From Candidatus Yanofskybacteria bacterium (GTDB lineage: Bacteria; Patescibacteriota; Minisyncoccia; 2-02-FULL-40-12; IGHO2-12-FULL-4), in the NCBI GenBank assembly GCA_016185525.1, contig JACPNK010000007.1, forward strand, positions 23,008-87,007: 64,000 nt of DNA. Reading direction: 5' to 3'. This document shows, piece after piece, positions 59,487-64,000 of this stretch (the stretch's first letter is position 1; every line of letters begins with the position of its first letter). Made by a program: the position numbers and the translations under genes. The notes under the pieces were generated by a model, which ran no database searches, was not told the origin of the DNA, and was given only the letters and a program-made list of their open reading frames with translations.

Positions 59487-60416
59487 ATGGAGAAACAGAA
59501 GGATTATAAAAATTATTCTTTGGGCAGAATTATCAAAACCGGCTGGGTCAGTTTCAGGCGCAACAGTTTTTTGAGTTTCGGCGCGACGGGCGTGATGGCT
59601 CTGGCTTTGCTTGTTTTTTCAAGCTTGATTGTTTTTAATTTTTTTACCAACCGCCTGATCAGTTTTTTAGATGAAAAAGTTGATGTCAGCGTTTATTTTC
59701 AAGGCGAGGCCAAGGAAGACCAAATTCTTAAAATTAAGTCTGATCTGGAAAGCTTATCAAGCGTAGAAAGGGTTGTTTATGTTTCGCGAGAGCAGGCTCT
59801 TGAAGATTTTAAAGTCCGCCATAAAGACGATCAGCTGATCCAGGATTCATTGGCGGAATTGGAGTCCAACCCTCTGCAGGCTTCTTTGAACGTTAAAGCT
59901 ATAGACACCGGACAGTATGCGTCAATTACAAACTTTTTGGAACAAAACAGTCTGAAGACTGTTATTGATAAGATAAGTTTTTACGAAAACGAGGGGGCGA
60001 TAGAGAGGGTCAGAGGTTTTTCCAGAGGTTTGTATGGTTGGGGACTTTTGGCCACGATTGCTTTGGGACTGGTGGCGGTGCTGGTAACTTTTAATACAAT
60101 CCGGCTGACTATATATAACAAAAAAGAGGAGATTGAAATCATGAAGTTGGTGGGAGCGTCCAATTGGCATATCCGCGGACCATTTTTGGTTGAGGGCGGA
60201 CTCTATGGTCTTTTTGCCGCCGTCTTGGCTCTGGCCATATTTTATCCGGGTATTTATTTTGTTTCAGACAAGCTTGGCGCTTTAGCTTCTTCTTTGAATC
60301 TTTTTTCATATTTCGTCGGCTACTCTTTGCAAATGATTTTAGTGATTGTCGGTTCTGGTCTGGCTCTCGGTGTTTTTAGCAGTTTCTCGGCCATCAGAAG
60401 GCACCTCAAAATTTAA
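59487..60416 (+). CDS. ftsX: Cell division permease FtsX
   Basis: 4-TM FtsX-like permease directly after ftsE. Confidence 0.85.
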   Translation: MEKQKDYKNYSLGRIIKTGWVSFRRNSFLSFGATGVMALALLVFSSLIVFNFFTNRLISFLDEKVDVSVYFQGEAKEDQILKIKSDLESLSSVERVVYVSREQALEDFKVRHKDDQLIQDSLAELESNPLQASLNVKAIDTGQYASITNFLEQNSLKTVIDKISFYENEGAIERVRGFSRGLYGWGLLATIALGLVAVLVTFNTIRLTIYNKKEEIEIMKLVGASNWHIRGPFLVEGGLYGLFAAVLALAIFYPGIYFVSDKLGALASSLNLFSYFVGYSLQMILVIVGSGLALGVFSSFSAIRRHLKI

Positions 60417-60478
60417 TAGACTATGGACAGATGGTTCAAGTTATGATAGTATCTTGAGAAGCAGAAAAGGAGGTTAAG

Positions 60479-60637
60479 ATGTTGAAAGTAGCGGACCTTA
60501 AAAAGCTGTTAGTTTTTGTGCTGGTGGTTGTCCTGGTCATATTTTTGGCAGGATTTTTGAAAATGATTTTTCTGCCAGTAATTATCGGCTTGGTTGTATG
60601 GCAGATTATAAGGCTTGTCTTAGGGAAAGAACATTAA
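60479..60637 (+). CDS. 52-aa single/double-TM membrane peptide (not in ORF track)
   Basis: Strong AAAGGAGG RBS 8 nt upstream of the ATG. The protein reads MLKVADLKKLLVFVLVVVLVIFLAGFLKMIFLPVIIGLVVWQIIRLVLGKEH. Its stop overlaps the next ATG (taATG). Confidence 0.5.
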   Translation: MLKVADLKKLLVFVLVVVLVIFLAGFLKMIFLPVIIGLVVWQIIRLVLGKEH

Positions 60638-61152
60638 TGAAAGAAATTGAGAGGAAGTTTTTAGTTAAGAAGTTACCGCCAGGTTACAATTTTTCAAGGT
60701 CTAAAATAAGGCAAGGTTACATTGTAATTTCGCCAGATTTAAAAAGCTGCGTTAGGCTTAGGGAAGAAAGACATTTGCCCGAAAAAGGATTTAAGTTCAG
60801 AGCTTTCAAAGAATTTACACAGACTGTCAAGCGAGGCAGTGGCAAGGTCAGGGATGAGTTTGAGATAGAGACTTTTCAATGGCAATTTACGGCGCTTTGG
60901 CCGACAACTGCCGGAAGAAGGCTGGAAAAAACAAGAAATTATTTCTATGACCCGTCTTTTTACAAAGGGCAACTGTGTCTTCTGGACGTTTTTCATAAAA
61001 ATCTTAAGGGATTGATTCTGGTTGAGGTGGAGTTTAACTCTGAAAAGGAAGCCGATGCTTTTGTTCCGCTTGATTGGTTCGGAAAAGAAGTTACGGAAGA
61101 TAAGAGATACAGTAACCAAAGTCTCGCCACGCACGGTCTGCCAGCCGGATAG
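60637..61152 (+). CDS. CYTH-domain protein (CyaB/thiamine-triphosphatase-like triphosphate tunnel metalloenzyme)
   Basis: N-terminal EIERKFLV (ExExK) signature. ATG 60637 is translationally coupled to the upstream peptide. Confidence 0.65.
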   Translation: MKEIERKFLVKKLPPGYNFSRSKIRQGYIVISPDLKSCVRLREERHLPEKGFKFRAFKEFTQTVKRGSGKVRDEFEIETFQWQFTALWPTTAGRRLEKTRNYFYDPSFYKGQLCLLDVFHKNLKGLILVEVEFNSEKEADAFVPLDWFGKEVTEDKRYSNQSLATHGLPAG

Positions 61153-61165
61153 ACAAGTTTGCCAT

Positions 61166-61191
61166 AGAGCGTTAACACGCTCTTTTGTTTT
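61166..61191 (+). terminator. Terminator agagcg-ttaaca-cgctct plus tttgtttt; its 3' half is duplicated at 62857-62879
   Basis: Read directly from the sequence. Confidence 0.6.
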
Positions 61192-61195
61192 AAAT
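61173..61195 (+). repeat. 23-bp direct repeat taacacgctcttttgttttaaat (left copy) bounding the GC-rich segment
   Basis: Identical 23-mer at 62857-62879. Confidence 0.8.
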
Positions 61196-61196
61196 C

Positions 61197-61319
61197 GCGG
61201 CGGCAGATAAGCTGTAACTCTCACCCCAATACAACTTTGTCTCTACTGGTGGTGGGGCAGTGCTAGCATTCCTGGCGGGGGAAGAGTTGCCAGGGTTAAA
61301 AGCTTTGGAAACAGTCTAA
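61197..61319 (+). pseudogene. pgk: Phosphoglycerate kinase 3'-terminal fragment with an internal stop
   Basis: Translates AAADKL*LSPQYNFVSTGGGAVLAFLAGEELPGLKALETV*. This is about 85% identical at the protein level to the C-terminus of the intact pgk at 42.2 kb, but divergent at synonymous sites. Confidence 0.6.
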
Positions 61320-61362
61320 TTTTGACTATTTTTCGGGGGTTTTGGTCGGGTAGTACATACAC

Positions 61363-61391
61363 TTGACAAACCCATAAAAAAAGAGTATAAT
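61363..61391 (+). promoter_or_regulatory. Perfect consensus sigma70 promoter TTGACA, 17-nt spacer, TATAAT
   Basis: Exact match read directly from the sequence. It points into the GC-rich segment. Confidence 0.55.
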
Positions 61392-61599
61392 TAAAGTATT
61401 GAAAAGTGGTTATTCCGGGTCACGGGTCAGCCTTTTTTCATTTTTTGCTCTTTTATAAATAAAAATAAATAAAAAAGACTTTTACCCCGACGCGAAGGGG
61501 ACTGACGGTCGCGAGCAGAGGCAATTACGCTTCTTCGCGGCCAAGGTAGTTGCAGTAAAAAATCAGTCCCGCTATGGAGCGCGGACGGGGGAGAAGAAA

Positions 61600-61818
61600 A
61601 TGTTATTAGTAGGGATGTGGGTGGAAGTGAGTGGAGTCGCAATGAATTATGACTCCACTAAAAAAATGTATTTACCCGCCGCGGCAAGAGGCGAACGGGG
61701 GGTTGTTAACTCCAACCATCCCAGTGGGATGGTTGGAGTCAGATTTTCAAAGTTTGTAGGATACGGCCATCAGCCGTACTTCTACTACTTTAAGGAAAGC
61801 GATCTCATCGAGTTATAA
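61600..61818 (+). CDS. Hypothetical 72-aa protein (aromatic-rich C-terminus), ends inside a 15-bp perfect hairpin
   Basis: GGGGGAGAAG RBS before the ATG. A hairpin ggaaagcgatctcat...atgagatcgctttcc lies at 61781-61822. Confidence 0.3.
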   Translation: MLLVGMWVEVSGVAMNYDSTKKMYLPAAARGERGVVNSNHPSGMVGVRFSKFVGYGHQPYFYYFKESDLIEL

Positions 61819-62113
61819 TGAGATCGCTTTCCAAGGGTTTGAGGATTTTCCCGCGGTAAATAAAAATCCTAGCTCTTTCAATAAAAGCGCAAAGAAAGGA
61901 GAACATTTGCACATAAGATAGCAGGGGATCGTCCTGCTGAAAAAACGACTAGGTCTGGCGAGTACCTGAAACTAAAACTCGCCACCTTAACTCAAGCTAT
62001 CAATATAGTGTTGACGGCTTGATCCAAGGTTAGGACGTTAAAAAAATAAATAGCCGGGTTTAACTCGGCGAGCAGGGGACTGCTTGAGTGTCCCACCCTT
62101 GAAAGGAGGGTTT

Positions 62114-62278
62114 ATGAGATCAGAGGTTTTATTGAACAGATTAGATATGGAGGCAGCACTGGCGAATGCCTCCGAAGAAATTTTGACCCCGTACTGGGGG
62201 GTGGTGGGTGGCGTGACCAAAATGGGAGTCGCCGCCGCGATAGCAACAGGGCGGGGGCCAGGAGTGGTCAATAAGTAA
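62114..62278 (+). CDS. 54-aa Gly/Ala-rich small peptide, bacteriocin-like (speculative)
   Basis: AAAGGAGGG RBS 4 nt before the ATG. Sequence MRSEVLLNRLDMEAALANASEEILTPYWGVVGGVTKMGVAAAIATGRGPGVVNK. Confidence 0.35.
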   Translation: MRSEVLLNRLDMEAALANASEEILTPYWGVVGGVTKMGVAAAIATGRGPGVVNK

Positions 62279-62303
62279 TGGCCACCTGTCGCCCAAAAGC
62301 GAT

Positions 62304-62492
62304 TTGGTAATTTATGTAAATATTGCCCTCGCGGAGTTGGTGGGCGGCAAGGCGGAAGCCCAGGGGCTGACGCCAACTTTATTGAGAAGGAGATTGGAGA
62401 GGATGGGGCTACTCACCGAGGCCGGTGAGTGGCGGACAGGTTGGATCGGGAACCGTTATCGGTTCCAGGTGGATCCGGTGGCCTGTCGGTAG
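62304..62492 (+). CDS. Second small ORF (62 aa from TTG 62304, or 29 aa from ATG 62404 which has an AAGGAG/GGAGAGG RBS)
   Basis: Contains LAELVGG. Followed 4 nt later by a terminator. Confidence 0.3.
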   Translation: MVIYVNIALAELVGGKAEAQGLTPTLLRRRLERMGLLTEAGEWRTGWIGNRYRFQVDPVACR

Positions 62493-62495
62493 AAT

Positions 62496-62518
62496 CGTCG
62501 GCAGGATCGACGTTTTTT
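62496..62518 (+). terminator. Terminator cgtcg-gcaggat-cgacg plus T6
   Basis: Read directly from the sequence. Confidence 0.6.
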
Positions 62519-62823
62519 AGTGAATTGAATCGCAATGCTTCTTCGGAAATGCACAGCGATTCGACCGCATGGGTAATGGCGGTATAGCCGGGCGCAAGCT
62601 CGAGGTGCATGGATCGAAGATTTCTTTCGACCCTGGTAAATTAAAAATCCGAGCATGACCTACCTTTTGCCGCGAGGCATCTAGAGGGTCATGGGCTCCT
62701 ACGAATTGGAGCAAAATGCAATCATAAAGAATTTATATATAGGGAGATCTCGTTTGATCGACATCTCCCTTCCTTACTCAAGTTCGGAAGTGAAAACTTA
62801 CGAATTTGAATGAAAGTTTTTTT

Positions 62824-62851
62824 GAGCCAGCCCCAAGCTGGCTCTTGTTTT
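62824..62851 (+). terminator. Terminator gagccagc-cccaa-gctggctc plus ttgtttt
   Basis: Read directly from the sequence. Confidence 0.6.
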
Positions 62852-62856
62852 ACCCG

Positions 62857-62879
62857 TAACACGCTCTTTTGTTTTAAAT
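62857..62879 (+). repeat. 23-bp direct repeat, right copy
   Basis: Identical to 61173-61195. Confidence 0.8.
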
Positions 62880-62955
62880 TATTTTAGTTAAGATGAAATT
62901 ATTGCGGGATCGTCTAGTGGTATACAAAAATCAAAGTCTATGATAGAATTAATGT

Positions 62956-63858
62956 GTGGAAAGTTGTAAATTATGCGATAAAAAATTCAAAATAATAAGT
63001 AACACGCACCTATTACTGGCACATCAAATTAGAGTTCGAGACTACATTAAAAAATTTGGTCATAAAGGGGTGGGCTTTATTGTTAATGTTTTAAAATTGC
63101 CAAAGGACGACCCGCGTTATATTTTTTGGAGGAAAAGTTTGGAAAGAAGAAATACGGGCTGGGCTAAGGGTTTTACCAAAAATACTCATCCTAGCTTAGC
63201 AAAAATGGCCCAAACTTTTAAAACAAAGAAGATTGATAATTTTAAAAAATGGAGGGAAGAGTCTAAGCTATCTGGTAAAATTCCTGCAAGTTATCCTGAA
63301 TTTAAAAAAGATAAGAACTTGGCTTTTTTGATAGGGATGACCTTGGGTGATGGTAATATATATAAATTTCCAAGAACAGAGAACTTAAGGATAGCGTTGG
63401 CCTCCAAATATCCTAAGTTGGTTGCATTTACTGCCAATGTCATTAAAAAAGTTTTTAGCAAAACTCCGACCGTTAGGAAAATCAAAAATTCAAGGTGCTT
63501 TACGGTTGGCATTTACCAAAACAATATCAGTAGTCGCCTTGGCATTCCAACAGGAGAAAGGAGTCGACTCAATTTTAACATACCAAGTTGGATTTCCGAA
63601 AATAAAATTTTTCTTACAAATTTTCTAAGAGGATTATTTGAGGCAGAGGGTTCCCTTTCGGTTCATTTGCCGACATGTACTTATAACTTCTCTTTTGCTA
63701 ATAGAAACAAAAGTTTATTGAAAATTGTTGAAAAGTCGTTAAAATTACTAGGTTATCATCCAGAAATAAGATCTGTTGCTGTTCGTTTGCGTAGAAAGGT
63801 CGAAGTTGAGAATTTTAAGCAGTTAATTAGTTTTAGAGTTTACAAATTGCGGGGTTGA
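62956..63858 (+). CDS. LAGLIDADG-type homing endonuclease with an N-terminal C2H2-like zinc finger
   Basis: CKLCDKKF...HLLLAH, then two dodecapeptide motifs (KNLAFLIGMTLGDGNIY and FLRGLFEAEGSLSV). GTG start. The 3' end overlaps tRNA-Gln by 11 nt. Confidence 0.6.
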   Translation: MESCKLCDKKFKIISNTHLLLAHQIRVRDYIKKFGHKGVGFIVNVLKLPKDDPRYIFWRKSLERRNTGWAKGFTKNTHPSLAKMAQTFKTKKIDNFKKWREESKLSGKIPASYPEFKKDKNLAFLIGMTLGDGNIYKFPRTENLRIALASKYPKLVAFTANVIKKVFSKTPTVRKIKNSRCFTVGIYQNNISSRLGIPTGERSRLNFNIPSWISENKIFLTNFLRGLFEAEGSLSVHLPTCTYNFSFANRNKSLLKIVEKSLKLLGYHPEIRSVAVRLRRKVEVENFKQLISFRVYKLRG

Positions 63859-63922
63859 GCAATGGTAGTCTCGTCAGGCTCTGAACCTGAAGATCCTGGT
63901 TCAAGTCCAGGCCCCGCAGCCA
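63848..63922 (+). tRNA. tRNA-Gln (anticodon CTG), CCA encoded
   Basis: Acceptor TGCGGGG/CCCCGCA with U1-A72 and G73 discriminator (Gln-typical). Anticodon arm TCAGG-CTCTGAA-CCTGA. T arm CCTGG-TTCAAGT-CCAGG. 3' end CCA. Confidence 0.85.
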
Positions 63923-64000
63923 ACAAGGATAAGATTAGATTGAAAGGTTTAAGATTTAGAATAAAAAAACGGGCAAAGTCCGAAAGGGACTACCCTGTGT

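Noticed and set aside
61495-61585. Possible tmRNA or tRNA-like domain in the GC-rich segment (GGGGACUGA...UCAGUCCC pairing)
   Set aside because: The helix resembles a tmRNA acceptor-like stem. However, no T-loop (GGTTCGAnTCC), no CCA end and no plausible tag reading frame ending in ...ALAA were found. It is treated as a generic leader hairpin.
62880-63922. Group I intron with intron-encoded homing endonuclease inside tRNA-Gln
   Set aside because: The tRNA-Gln at 63848-63922 is contiguous and folds completely on its own. The ORF is upstream or overlapping, not within the tRNA body.
1-64000. CRISPR arrays or cas genes
   Set aside because: No regularly spaced direct repeats with unique spacers were seen. 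The only tandem arrays are the 7-nt tctttag repeats and the Thr-codon repeat.

Overview
This window reads as a low-GC (about 40%), compact bacterial segment with Patescibacteria/CPR-like traits (inference). All calls below are by eye against remembered family motifs; no searches were run. The gene content is conserved core machinery: cell division (ftsA, ftsZ, an ftsB-like gene, ftsH, ftsE, ftsX) and a class II ribonucleotide reductase (nrdJ). ComEC is split into two ORFs 2.7 kb apart, with metK between them. The str operon (rpsL, rpsG, fusA, tuf) carries an extra small ORF between fusA and tuf. The S10-spc operon runs from rpsJ to rplO with no L30 gene, followed by secY, adk and map, and then terminates. 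Downstream come a glycosyltransferase gene, a GalT-like gene, a DedA-like gene, tpiA and pgk. These are followed by an RNA-turnover cluster (DHH phosphoesterase, DEDD exonuclease, rnhA, rnpB RNA) and a polysaccharide cluster (polyprenyl-phosphate sugar transferase plus two GT4 glycosyltransferases). The rest is an IS200/IS605-like transposase flanked by palindromic hairpins, lepA, prfB with its +1 frameshift site, and three tRNAs (Pro-GGG on the minus strand, Gly-CCC, Gln-CTG). The most unusual part is the 3' end of the window. A roughly 1.7 kb GC-rich segment (61.2-62.9 kb) is bounded by 23-bp direct repeats. It carries a foreign pgk 3' fragment, a consensus sigma70 promoter, three small RBS-preceded ORFs and its own terminators. 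Immediately after it lies a LAGLIDADG-type homing-endonuclease ORF that abuts and overlaps tRNA-Gln. Several families of structured intergenic repeats, some MITE-like, are inserted even inside the ribosomal-protein operons.
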